Of a stretch of DNA of 64,000 nucleotides, positions 19,753-28,638 are shown piece by piece. The stretch's first letter is position 1. Every line of letters starts with the position of its first letter. The notes under the pieces are model-generated. The model saw only the letters and a program-made list of their open reading frames with translations. It was not told where the DNA came from and ran no database searches. Origin of the DNA: Pseudomonadales bacterium. Lineage in GTDB: Bacteria > Patescibacteriota > Microgenomatia > UBA1400 > PJMF01. The DNA is taken from NCBI GenBank assembly GCA_020632265.1, contig JACKFW010000001.1, positions 401,892-465,891 on the forward strand, written 5' to 3'. Position numbers and translations under genes: made by a program.

Positions 19753-20232
19753 CTAGCTGCTTTCTTTAATAACTTGTTCAACAATAGGTGGCAATCTATA
19801 TTTGCTTCCTACTTCATCAACTAAAACAAAGTCACGCCACTCGACATCACTTTCAGTTGGTTTTTGTAAATCCCCTACAAGTTCAGCGTCATAGAAAAGT
19901 TGCAAGGTTTGATAGTAGTTTCCATTTCTGTGATAAAACCAATCAACGTGAGCCTTCAACAAGTTCCCCATCTTGATCTCAGCGCCACCCTCTTCCATGC
20001 ACTCTCTTTCCAGAGCTTCGGCTATATCCTCACCAAACTCAATCCCGCCACCTACAACGTCATATAGTTTCTCAAGTTTATTTTTGATAATGAGGATTTT
20101 GCTATCTTTTTTTACCAAAGCATATGCAGAAACCCTCCAACTGAGTGGTGAACCATCGTATTCAACAGGTTCTTGATTTGCATCTGAAAATTGTTTATCT
20201 GAAATGTTACTCATGTTACTTTTGCTTCCCAT
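19753..20232 (-). CDS. NUDIX hydrolase
   Basis: Nudix box GGGIEFGEDIAEALERECMEEGGA. Confidence 0.65.
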   Translation of the reverse strand: MGSKSNMSNISDKQFSDANQEPVEYDGSPLSWRVSAYALVKKDSKILIIKNKLEKLYDVVGGGIEFGEDIAEALERECMEEGGAEIKMGNLLKAHVDWFYHRNGNYYQTLQLFYDAELVGDLQKPTESDVEWRDFVLVDEVGSKYRLPPIVEQVIKESS

Positions 20233-20259
20233 TAGATAAAATATTTTAGTTACTAATAC

Positions 20260-20757
20260 TTATATCTCACTTATTTTTAATTTACCAATTAAATCAAGAT
20301 ATACATTAAATGGCTGAGATATAACTTCTTCTGAATCTAAACCTAGTTCTGCTTCGACTTGTAATAAGTTATCACCTACATGACTCAGTATTATTGCATG
20401 TAACCAATCATCAATAAGATACAAGCGCACTAAGCCCTCACTATAATCGAATGTTTGGCTTTCCATTTTTACTTCACCAATTTCTTTAAAACCATGAGAT
20501 CTTAGCCAAGAAAAACCCTCTTTTTTTGTGCTAACTGGAATAATTTCTTTTAGAGAAAAAAGACCATCACTTTCTTCTAAAATATGTATTTCCTGCTTAT
20601 CAGCATATTGCACAAGTTTCGTAACATTATTAGTATCTTGTTGACCATAATAATGGTATGTAAGACTACTTCGTATTGGTAAAACGTTCTTTTGTGTTAA
20701 AAACTCTTTAATAGAATCAAACGACTTAATTCTATATTTCTTCTCTTGTTTACTCAT
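20260..20757 (-). CDS. hypothetical protein (possibly CYTH-like)
   Basis: 165 aa; N-terminal EKKYRIKSF weakly resembles the CYTH EIERKF start. Confidence 0.35.
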   Translation of the reverse strand: MSKQEKKYRIKSFDSIKEFLTQKNVLPIRSSLTYHYYGQQDTNNVTKLVQYADKQEIHILEESDGLFSLKEIIPVSTKKEGFSWLRSHGFKEIGEVKMESQTFDYSEGLVRLYLIDDWLHAIILSHVGDNLLQVEAELGLDSEEVISQPFNVYLDLIGKLKISEI

Positions 20758-20774
20758 AAGGTTATTGTAACAGA

Positions 20775-20900
20775 GGTTCGAAAGTCCCGTTCGGGTACAA
20801 AAAAACTCGAACCTATTTACTTGAGTAAAATCAGTTCGAGTCTACGCAGCTCCCCCTATTGGACTCGTTACGGAACGGGTATAAGGATAATTTGTTGGGA
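20775..20900. repeat. repeat family copy E14 (extra hairpin GGTTCGA...TCGAACC, alternate spacer, R2-arm)
   Basis: GGTTCGAAAGTCCCGTTCGGGTACAAAAAAACTCGAACC ... CAGTTCGAGTCTACGCAGCTCCCCCTATTGGACTCGTTACGGAACGGGTATAAGG. Confidence 0.75.
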
Positions 20901-21054
20901 ATTAGTGAGGAAGATGCTAATTGGTTTAGTGAAAAATTTGCTAGGTTGTTAATTAAAACTAATAACATTACATAGACGCAAAAAGACTCCCTTTGGTTTT
21001 AACCGCAAGGAGTCTTGATGCACATATTTACCAAAAACAATTTTTGAAACTGAT

Positions 21055-21489
21055 TTACCGTTCAATCCGCTCAATTTCTGTGACAATCCCACCACTGTGG
21101 GTGATTTGCCACATGGAATTGATGTTAAAAGTTTTAAGTTCATCCAATGAATTAGGGTGATATGTAAAATTACCATCACCATCTAATTCATCAAAATAAA
21201 CAGAAAAACTCATTTCACGACCGCTTTCACGATGCGTGTCATCAATGCGGTAATCTGTTGGCCAATAAGGGTCATAGTTAGAGCCTGTTGCAACTGCAGA
21301 GCGAATGAAAACCCATTCCCATTGCATATAGGTGTACCAAGTCTCATAGACTGGTTGGTCCACCATGTTTGGAACTTGTCGTGTACGTGGTTCATCCCAA
21401 CAGTCAGGTTTGTAATGATCAATAGTGTCGGTTGTGCCGTCATCATAGGTCACCACCTCTGTGTAGTCATAAACATCTGGACCACACAC
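21055..21489 (-). CDS. hypothetical protein (possible downstream fragment of a frameshifted gene)
   Basis: 144 aa, aromatic/Asp-rich; region is GC-richer than surroundings; separated from the upstream ORF by a frame change. Confidence 0.35.
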   Translation of the reverse strand: MCGPDVYDYTEVVTYDDGTTDTIDHYKPDCWDEPRTRQVPNMVDQPVYETWYTYMQWEWVFIRSAVATGSNYDPYWPTDYRIDDTHRESGREMSFSVYFDELDGDGNFTYHPNSLDELKTFNINSMWQITHSGGIVTEIERIER

Positions 21490-21528
21490 ATGCTCGGTAT
21501 AATTTTCAGTCTTTGTACCTTGCTGAAC

Positions 21529-22299
21529 CTAAATTGTGTGATGCTCTTTCTGTCTAGTCGAAACCAAATCTGCTCCAGCAGGAAGTGACCATCCTTCATG
21601 CTGATTATACTGGTATTCTTGTAAGAAAACCTCTGCTTTCCAACCAACGCTTTTCACCTGCACTTCTGCCTGACGTGGCCAGAAAATTAAAGCCATTAAA
21701 GCAATAAAAAGCAATCCCAAAGCAGGAACCCATACACGTGGGTCTGTAAGATCAAAACCTGTGCTGGTTTCTCTGCGATGAGTAGTCGGATACGAAGTTG
21801 TTGGCCGATATGCTTGAACAGTTTGCTGATGTAGTGGTTCACTCTTCAAGCGAGTTACCGCCCCACAATTAGGACAGGTTCCCTCACTCGTTTCACGACC
21901 ACAGTTGTCACAAATACGGTTAGTCCGAGCAACATCAGCTAACGATGCACCACATTGATTACAAGTTTGGGTTCCAGGTTTGTTTTTGGAACCACAAAAT
22001 GAACAGGTTTCATCGCTATGATGTTGAGCATCAACCCCCATTTTATCAAGCTCATGCTTTGTCAAAGCTGGAGCGTCAGAGCCAGGTTCGCGATATTGCT
22101 CACCTGCATCTTTTGTGTGGCCACAATTTGGACAAATTTTATTTCGTCCTTTAATTCCAGTTGTGCCGCAACTGGTACAGTCCCATAGGGATTCTTGTGT
22201 TTTTACAACAACACTTCGCGTAGAGCCACTTGGCTTGGTTTTACCAACCTTTTTTGGGTCTACAAATGTCCTTCTTGAAACAATTCTTTTCTTTGTCAT
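21529..22299 (-). CDS. zinc-ribbon membrane protein
   Basis: Three CxxC...CxxC ribbons (CTSCG..CPNCG, CSFCG..CNQCG, CDNCG..CPNCG) then TM helix LGLLFIALMALIFW. Confidence 0.5.
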   Translation of the reverse strand: MTKKRIVSRRTFVDPKKVGKTKPSGSTRSVVVKTQESLWDCTSCGTTGIKGRNKICPNCGHTKDAGEQYREPGSDAPALTKHELDKMGVDAQHHSDETCSFCGSKNKPGTQTCNQCGASLADVARTNRICDNCGRETSEGTCPNCGAVTRLKSEPLHQQTVQAYRPTTSYPTTHRRETSTGFDLTDPRVWVPALGLLFIALMALIFWPRQAEVQVKSVGWKAEVFLQEYQYNQHEGWSLPAGADLVSTRQKEHHTI

Positions 22300-22615
22300 T
22301 TTTGCACCTTTATACTTTTAAGGAAATATAAAACCAATAAAATTAGTGAAAACTTTTAAGAACAACACTCCAAATATAAAAAAGTTTTATATTCAAAATG
22401 TTGTTCTCAAAAAAAGATGAATTAAAAATGTAAGTCTTTTGTAAATTTATTAATGTGCAACAAAATATTTAAAGATAACGAAACAAACACCGCTTTGGTG
22501 TATCACATTATTCTTGATATTTTATAGAGTAATTATAGCCTATTTTAGGTAAAAAGTAAATATTATAGGATAGAAAACTCCCTGTCATCGACCAAGTTCG
22601 AATGGCATTTATGCA

Positions 22616-23251
22616 CTAAACTTTACCCTCAATAATGATGTCAAACGAATTTTTTGGCTGTATCTTATCAAAGTAGTAGTTCTCAGCTTCATCCCACTTT
22701 CGATGCCAATCTGTCATAAACACTTCACCTTCTCTTTTCAGCAAGCGTTTTCTTCGTGACTCGTCTGGAAACTGAACCAACACTGAAATATCTGCTAAAT
22801 GAGCTAACTTATCAGCAGAATAAACACCATCAACAACTACAACCCTTCTTGGGTTCAACTCAACCACCTTAGCAGACAAACCCTCCCCGTTTTCAAAATC
22901 AAAAGGATGGTACGTTGCTTGTAAATCAGATAGTAGCGGTATGAGTGCCTCTTCTTCCAATCTTTTGTAATCTAATACTGTATCAACTTTTTCTTTAGCT
23001 GTTTTATTATTCCAGTTAGCTTCTTTGCCCTCTGGTGGTCCTGTATAGAAGTCGTCAACCTTGATAATCACCGCATCTAATTCTGAAAATAATTTTTCTG
23101 CGATACTAGACTTGCCAACCCCACTTCTACCATCTAACACAACAACGACGTGTTCTTGTTGAGAAACAAGTTCTTCAATTTGATTGAGAAGTTCTTGGTA
23201 AGTATTTTCTTTAGACATGATGAAAGTATAACAAAAAGTTCGAGCGTCCAA
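22616..23251 (-). CDS. P-loop NTPase / small-molecule kinase-like
   Basis: Walker A VVVLDGRSGVGKSSIAEKL; probable start at MSKEN. Confidence 0.55.
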   Translation of the reverse strand: MDARTFCYTFIMSKENTYQELLNQIEELVSQQEHVVVVLDGRSGVGKSSIAEKLFSELDAVIIKVDDFYTGPPEGKEANWNNKTAKEKVDTVLDYKRLEEEALIPLLSDLQATYHPFDFENGEGLSAKVVELNPRRVVVVDGVYSADKLAHLADISVLVQFPDESRRKRLLKREGEVFMTDWHRKWDEAENYYFDKIQPKNSFDIIIEGKV

Positions 23252-23345
23252 GTTGGGGTACTAAAAACTCGAACCCGTTTACTTGAGTAAAATTAGTTCA
23301 AGTCTCATTTGCTCCCCCTATTGGACTCGTTACGGAACGTTAATC
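23238..23345. repeat. repeat family copy E15 (hairpin GTTCGAG...CTCGAAC, alternate spacer, R2-arm)
   Basis: GTTCGAGCGTCCAAGTTGGGGTACTAAAAACTCGAACC ... TTTGCTCCCCCTATTGGACTCGTTACGGAACG; parallel to E14. Confidence 0.75.
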
Positions 23346-23397
23346 AAAAAGGTATATTGACAATTATCTATGATGATACAAAAAAGTTTATCTGAAA

Positions 23398-23781
23398 TTA
23401 CTTAGAATCTTCGTTTCTGCCTTCAACATAAGCTGTTGTTTGTTCATTAGGAGTTGAATTGCTTCGTCTAGCTTCAAGAACAGCCCTAATCATATCAGTT
23501 TTTTGTGTATCACCGACATTTCTTTGTGCCTCAGCTAAAAGATCTTCATCGCTTAGGAATCTTATGTATTGCTCATATTGCTCTTGTGCATATTCTGGAT
23601 CACCCTTCGCATCTCGCTGAAGTCTGTGCAGTGCTTCACCATCTTTCACTTGAGTGTCTAGCTCTTTCAATTCTTTACTATCAGTATTTTCGGCCAGTTT
23701 TCTCACCTTTTCACGAAAAGCCGGGCTATGTTGTTCATGCATTTTTGACCACTTTCTTTTTTTTACTATATTGTTAAACAT
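23398..23781 (-). CDS. hypothetical protein
   Basis: 127 aa, charged/helical. Confidence 0.4.
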   Translation of the reverse strand: MFNNIVKKRKWSKMHEQHSPAFREKVRKLAENTDSKELKELDTQVKDGEALHRLQRDAKGDPEYAQEQYEQYIRFLSDEDLLAEAQRNVGDTQKTDMIRAVLEARRSNSTPNEQTTAYVEGRNEDSK

Positions 23782-23823
23782 ATCAGTTCAATTAAGAAAC
23801 TACAACAAATAATTCTACATATT

Positions 23824-23851
23824 ATAAAAAAAGACCTATGAATAGGTCTTT
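23824..23851 (-). terminator. rho-independent terminator of the 30408-to-23892 operon
   Basis: Minus strand: AAGACCTAT-TCA-TAGGTCTT hairpin followed by seven U. Confidence 0.7.
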
Positions 23852-23856
23852 AATTT

Positions 23857-23883
23857 GCTCCCCCTGTGGGGCTTTATCCGAAC
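23857..23883. repeat. minimal tRNA-3'-end-like motif copy E16
   Basis: GCTCCCCCTGTGGGGCTTTATCCGAAC between the APH-like gene stop and the terminator. Confidence 0.6.
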
Positions 23884-23891
23884 TATACCAA

Positions 23892-24830
23892 TTAAATAAA
23901 TTGCTTGATCAGCGGATATAACCATCCCTCATCTTCGAACAATTCTTTTTTCATTTGTTCAAAGTTGCTCTTTTTGTGACTTTCGCTAAACTCTCCAAAT
24001 ATTTCTGCCCAATATTCAATAAGGTCATTAAAATATCTACTAAATAAATAGTACTGTGCACTGAGCTCATTTACTTTGTAGTCTTTTCTGACAGATTGAT
24101 AACCTTGCATAAAATCTTTTTTATCCAGCAAGAACCATAAGTCACGTTCAGCTGGAGCAAATAATATATCGTCCCAATCGACAATATAAAAATCAGTAGG
24201 AGATTTAACCAAGATATTTCCTGGTGCATCTCCATGGGTGAGAAGCATTTGCCAATTTTTCTTTTGACATGTTGAAGAAAGATTTTGGAATATTTTATAA
24301 AACTGCAAAAGAGTATCTTGGCTTTTTCGCAACAAAGTTGAGGCTGCTTGTTCTGTTATATTGGGGCTTTCTAGTTCAACAAGATCAGACAGTCTGTTTT
24401 CAAAAATATCGGCATGCTTGAAATGGAATGTTTCTTTTGGTGTATCTAAATTCAGCTGTTCAGAAAGTAGGTGTATTTCCCCAAGTAATTTTCCAAATAA
24501 AAAGTTGTCATAGTCATAGCTTTGGGGAGCCTCTATGTAGTTAAAGAGAACTAACAATGATCCATTATCCATAACAAATAGATTATTATGTAGTGTTGTT
24601 AATGGATAATTTATCCTGTTTTGTCCAAGAGTATGCAACTTTTTTAATATCGGCAGGCTTCTAATAACACCAGGAATAAATAACTGCTTATCAATAACCT
24701 TACAAAAAAACTTTCCTCTATCAGTTTCAATAAAATATGTTTCAGCTACAAACTGACGTGGAGCATCAGTAATCGAACTAACTGAAAAGCCATAATTAAG
24801 CTTTATGAGTTGTTTTAGATTTTTTTGCAT
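23892..24830 (-). CDS. phosphotransferase (APH/choline-kinase family) protein
   Basis: LLTHGDAPGNILV (HGDxxxxN) and IVDWDDILFAPAERD. Confidence 0.6.
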   Translation of the reverse strand: MQKNLKQLIKLNYGFSVSSITDAPRQFVAETYFIETDRGKFFCKVIDKQLFIPGVIRSLPILKKLHTLGQNRINYPLTTLHNNLFVMDNGSLLVLFNYIEAPQSYDYDNFLFGKLLGEIHLLSEQLNLDTPKETFHFKHADIFENRLSDLVELESPNITEQAASTLLRKSQDTLLQFYKIFQNLSSTCQKKNWQMLLTHGDAPGNILVKSPTDFYIVDWDDILFAPAERDLWFLLDKKDFMQGYQSVRKDYKVNELSAQYYLFSRYFNDLIEYWAEIFGEFSESHKKSNFEQMKKELFEDEGWLYPLIKQFI

Positions 24831-27150
24831 TAGACACCTTATTCTTTTTCTTCGTCTTTCTAGCTATACTTGGCTTTGGCATTTTACTTGCTAACAAATC
24901 AAAATAAACATCAACGTATATCTTCATTCCAAAAACCTCGGTGAGCGTTACTGGCTTGGTGTCTTCACCCTTTTTTGCAGCCACTAATTCTTCACCCAAC
25001 GCAAGTAACTTCTCCATGTCTTGAAACTCACCAAACTGACTGAATACTTTTTTGACAGCTTCAATAAAATCTATAGTGCCATCCCAATCTCCGCTTATTT
25101 TCATTGCATCTTTGAGACTTAGGTAAAAAGCAATAAAAGCCTCTGCTTCTGTCCTTAAGTGAAAGTCATTTTTTGAAGTTAAAGCAAGTCCAAATGCATA
25201 TCTACCCAAGGCCTGCTCCATTGGTTTACCTTTGTTACTTGTCACAAATGCAAAAATTTGTGTTGTTTTCGCTAGATCTCTCTCTTTCAGCGTCCATCGG
25301 AGATCCTTCCAATTCACTGCTAGTCTTTTTTTTGGCCTAGCTTCAAGCCTCATTTTTTTCTCAACATCCCAAATTTCCTCATAGTACTTTTCAATATCTT
25401 TTTCCACATTCCACCAAATAAAACCTCTTGTAGCGATATTGAGGGCTACTGCAAAACTTCTGGCAATGCCCCAACCTTGAGGCCAAAGGCCATGTGGAGA
25501 AAAGATTTTAGTCAAGTTGAACGTACAGTAGAGCGTTCTTTTGTCATCAGTATCAAGCTGGATAAAATCCACTTTTTCATTCCACTCATTTAACACTTTT
25601 TTTCTAATTGAGTGAGAATCGCTATATAGCTTGATTTTAATCTTATATTTGGGCTCGTTGGCTTCTTTTCCTCGTGGCTTCTTCCTGCTTAATTCTTCTT
25701 CAACAATTTTTCTTATCTCATCGTTATTATCATCGACCTGCTTCTTCAACCACTTGACCCATTTTCGTGCATCACCTTGAAATTCAACTAGTTTTTTGTG
25801 CGATGCACCCCCAAATACTAGATCTCTTTTTTCTGGATCTTGTGTGGCATCCAAAAACCATTTTAGTTCTTCCTTATCAGGATCATCCTTATCAAATTCA
25901 AATTCTCTGTGTTGCTCCATACCAAGTCTTGCTTCTGCCAAGGAGAGGAGTTGATCAGCTTCATCTTGCGTCACATTTTCTTTTGCAGGTTTAACTGAGT
26001 AAGTATTGGTATAAAGTGAATTCAATCTTGTCCAATGTACTGTTTGGGCAAGCCCTTTATACGAATCAAGCTCCTGCTCTGTCATTAGATGTTTTCCAAA
26101 ATTAGGACCCCAAAATGCCCAAAAAAGCTTCCTTACATGATCATCCATCGAACTAGATTCAAAATTTGTAGCAGACTGGTCATCTACTACGTGTTGCATG
26201 ATGACGAGCTCTGCTTTGCCAATCTCTTCTAGTGCAAGAGCAGATAGGTGGTACTGAATATGAGGAAGATCACTTTTTTGGACTTTCTTGGCTGACTTAA
26301 TAAAATCATCTGCACTGGATATACAGTTGGCTCGAATGTTTTGAGTAAAAAAAGATTTTGATTTATCCTTGAAGAACCTGACTATATGATCGGTGACAGT
26401 TGTTTCGAACGGCTCATCATGAAAGCCATGCTCACTTTTCTCTATAGTTTCAAATGATTTATAAGCGTTTGTTAGCGTTTTATAGACATTCTTCGCATCT
26501 TGATAAGAAACTTTACTGTCTTTAGTACCATGAATAATTAACAAGGGATTGTGGTACTTTTCAAGATTTTTAAATGGAAAGAATTTCTTCATCTCCTCAA
26601 ATAACTGCCTTCTCACCTTAAACTGCCTACTCCCAATCTTTATATATCCGTTTTTTTTCAATCTCTCAAAGACATTTTCAAAATGCTTCTTAGCCCAGGA
26701 AGTAGAAGGTTTCAAAAATGCTTTCTCATAATCTAAAACAGGATTGGCTAGTAATAAGGCTTGAATTTTATCTTGATTTTTCCCTGCATATAATGCAGCG
26801 ATGCCTCCACCGAAACTTGCACCAGCTAAACCAATCCACTCATAACCTTCTTTTAACGCAAATTGAACTATAGATTCTAAATCTTGCAACTCACCAGATA
26901 TAGTAAAATCCTCTTCACTTTTTCCAGTGCTCTCTCCATGAGCTCTAAAATCAAAACGAATAGTTGAAACACCCAAATCATTAAGCTCACGCTCAGAACG
27001 AACAAAAATACCTTCATCATCTTTATTAACTGTCATCCCATGAGCCATTATCACTACTCTAGAAGAGTCTGGAAGATTCTTATAAATGACGGCTAGTTTG
27101 TGCCCGTCAGAAGTCTTAATTTGTATGTCACTTTTATCTTTATTTTTCAT
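24796..27150 (-). CDS. alpha/beta-hydrolase fused to a ~530-aa uncharacterised C-terminal domain
   Basis: N-terminal 250 aa with GxSxG elbow (GLAGASFGGGIAALYA); remainder unrecognised. Confidence 0.6.
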   Translation of the reverse strand: MKNKDKSDIQIKTSDGHKLAVIYKNLPDSSRVVIMAHGMTVNKDDEGIFVRSERELNDLGVSTIRFDFRAHGESTGKSEEDFTISGELQDLESIVQFALKEGYEWIGLAGASFGGGIAALYAGKNQDKIQALLLANPVLDYEKAFLKPSTSWAKKHFENVFERLKKNGYIKIGSRQFKVRRQLFEEMKKFFPFKNLEKYHNPLLIIHGTKDSKVSYQDAKNVYKTLTNAYKSFETIEKSEHGFHDEPFETTVTDHIVRFFKDKSKSFFTQNIRANCISSADDFIKSAKKVQKSDLPHIQYHLSALALEEIGKAELVIMQHVVDDQSATNFESSSMDDHVRKLFWAFWGPNFGKHLMTEQELDSYKGLAQTVHWTRLNSLYTNTYSVKPAKENVTQDEADQLLSLAEARLGMEQHREFEFDKDDPDKEELKWFLDATQDPEKRDLVFGGASHKKLVEFQGDARKWVKWLKKQVDDNNDEIRKIVEEELSRKKPRGKEANEPKYKIKIKLYSDSHSIRKKVLNEWNEKVDFIQLDTDDKRTLYCTFNLTKIFSPHGLWPQGWGIARSFAVALNIATRGFIWWNVEKDIEKYYEEIWDVEKKMRLEARPKKRLAVNWKDLRWTLKERDLAKTTQIFAFVTSNKGKPMEQALGRYAFGLALTSKNDFHLRTEAEAFIAFYLSLKDAMKISGDWDGTIDFIEAVKKVFSQFGEFQDMEKLLALGEELVAAKKGEDTKPVTLTEVFGMKIYVDVYFDLLASKMPKPSIARKTKKKNKVSNAKKSKTTHKA

Positions 27151-27715
27151 AGATTTCTACAAACTCTCCCTCATTGAGCACAATAATTGGCTTATCGCTA
27201 TCAAGAAGACTAAGTTTCATCTCTTTCTGTTCTTCAACATCCCAGTGGCACAGTGTCTGAATTGGCAGCAGTCCAACTCCTTGGTGCTTGGTGTCAGAAT
27301 CTTGACTGTCAAAAGACAGAACATAGCTTTCTGATGCTAAAAATGCACCCATGGAGCTCCCAGCATAGATTTTGCCATCAAGCTTCTTTTTTAGTTCACC
27401 GAGACTCTCATAATGTGGTTCAAGTAACTCAGCATCACCGCCAGCTACATACAGCACATCATACTTATCAATTTTAGAAAACAGATCTGACTCATCCTCA
27501 ACGACATGAAATGTTACCTGTTTTTCAGTATTCTTCTGGATTTTGGCAGAATCTCTCTCAATTAGTTTTTGCCACTCATCTCTATTTCTGGACCAATAAC
27601 ACAAGAGGGTTTTTACTTGATCTTTCTCAACTAAATCTGTGAACTTAGCAAAGAATCTATCGTTTTCTGGTAAATCTTTGGATGTTGCTCCACCGTGGAG
27701 TAAGAATGTTGTCAT
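27140..27715 (-). CDS. peptidase S51 / cyanophycinase-like (class I glutamine amidotransferase-like fold) protein
   Basis: 191 aa with LYVAGGDAELL and YAGSSMGA nucleophile-like segment. Confidence 0.45.
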   Translation of the reverse strand: MTTFLLHGGATSKDLPENDRFFAKFTDLVEKDQVKTLLCYWSRNRDEWQKLIERDSAKIQKNTEKQVTFHVVEDESDLFSKIDKYDVLYVAGGDAELLEPHYESLGELKKKLDGKIYAGSSMGAFLASESYVLSFDSQDSDTKHQGVGLLPIQTLCHWDVEEQKEMKLSLLDSDKPIIVLNEGEFVEIYEK

Positions 27716-27717
27716 AG

Positions 27718-28638
27718 TTATTTTTTTCGCAGCACATTCTGAGGTTTGCCTTCTATGAATGTCTCAATGTTTCTAATAGCAACTTCGGCCCCACCAGCAA
27801 TAGCTTGTTTAGTAGAAAAGGCAATATGAGGAGTCACTAGGATCTTTTCGTTGCTCATGCACTTTTGATAAAAATCATTAGTGGTATCGCCGAATTTTTC
27901 TGGATCACAATCAATCGCAGCACCAGCAACCACGCTCGATTCGATAGCCTTAATCAAACCATCAATGTCGTAAGTATATGGTCTAGCAAATGTTAAGTAA
28001 TAAGTGCCTTCACTCAAATTCATGAAGAAATCTTCATTCAACAGATTTTTACTAGAAGTATTGCAGTTTAGAGAATTAACAATCAAATCTCGGTCTTTTG
28101 ACTTCTCAGATAAGTCGTCTCCTCTGTCAAAGTATTCAACTTTCATCCCAAAGGCATTACACAAAACTCCAATCTGACTACCAATTGCTCCATGTCCTAC
28201 GATTAAAACTTTTTTACCTACTAGAGTCTCTTGCAACTCTACTGGAAAGTTCTCTTCAGCCCTAACCATCGGTCCAAAATTCCTAAAAAGTGATAGGACC
28301 ATGTACATCACCCACTCGACAATTGAATCACGGTTTCCACCCGAACCATTAGCTACTGTCACGCCATTTTGGGAGAGTTCTTCCGTATCGAAGGTGCCAA
28401 GCTCTACATATGGATAAGTAATAAACACATTTCTAAGTTTAACTAAGCTATCAAACAAAAAATCACCATTGCTGTAAATAATATCTGCACCATTAGTCTT
28501 ACTTATAAAATCATCAACTGAAATTGGTGAATCTTTAATTTCAAGTTCCCCTACATCTTGCAACCTTTTTTTGTGATCATCTGATAGGTTAACTCCTAAA
28601 GTTATAATTTTTTTCATAATATTATTCCTTTCTGTCAA
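27718..28638 (-). CDS. D-isomer-specific 2-hydroxyacid dehydrogenase family protein
   Basis: NAD-binding VLIVGHGAIGSQIG and catalytic-His region VTPHIAFST. Confidence 0.75.
   Translation of the reverse strand: MTERNNIMKKIITLGVNLSDDHKKRLQDVGELEIKDSPISVDDFISKTNGADIIYSNGDFLFDSLVKLRNVFITYPYVELGTFDTEELSQNGVTVANGSGGNRDSIVEWVMYMVLSLFRNFGPMVRAEENFPVELQETLVGKKVLIVGHGAIGSQIGVLCNAFGMKVEYFDRGDDLSEKSKDRDLIVNSLNCNTSSKNLLNEDFFMNLSEGTYYLTFARPYTYDIDGLIKAIESSVVAGAAIDCDPEKFGDTTNDFYQKCMSNEKILVTPHIAFSTKQAIAGGAEVAIRNIETFIEGKPQNVLRKK

Noticed and set aside
21450-21647. 65-aa ORF 21450..21647 as an independent gene
   Set aside because: It overlaps the ends of two larger ORFs in a third frame. It is better explained as the bridging frame of a frameshifted gene than as a real small gene.
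3153-23883. Regularly spaced repeats as a possible CRISPR array
   Set aside because: Repeat spacing is ~0.3-1.5 kb and each unit contains a gene. The repeats are 100-140 bp modular palindromes and not 25-50 bp direct repeats. No cas genes are present.
3153-23883. Classical integron
   Set aside because: There is no IntI-type tyrosine recombinase or attI/Pc region anywhere in the window, and the repeats lack canonical GTTRRRY core sites. The architecture is integron-like only by analogy.
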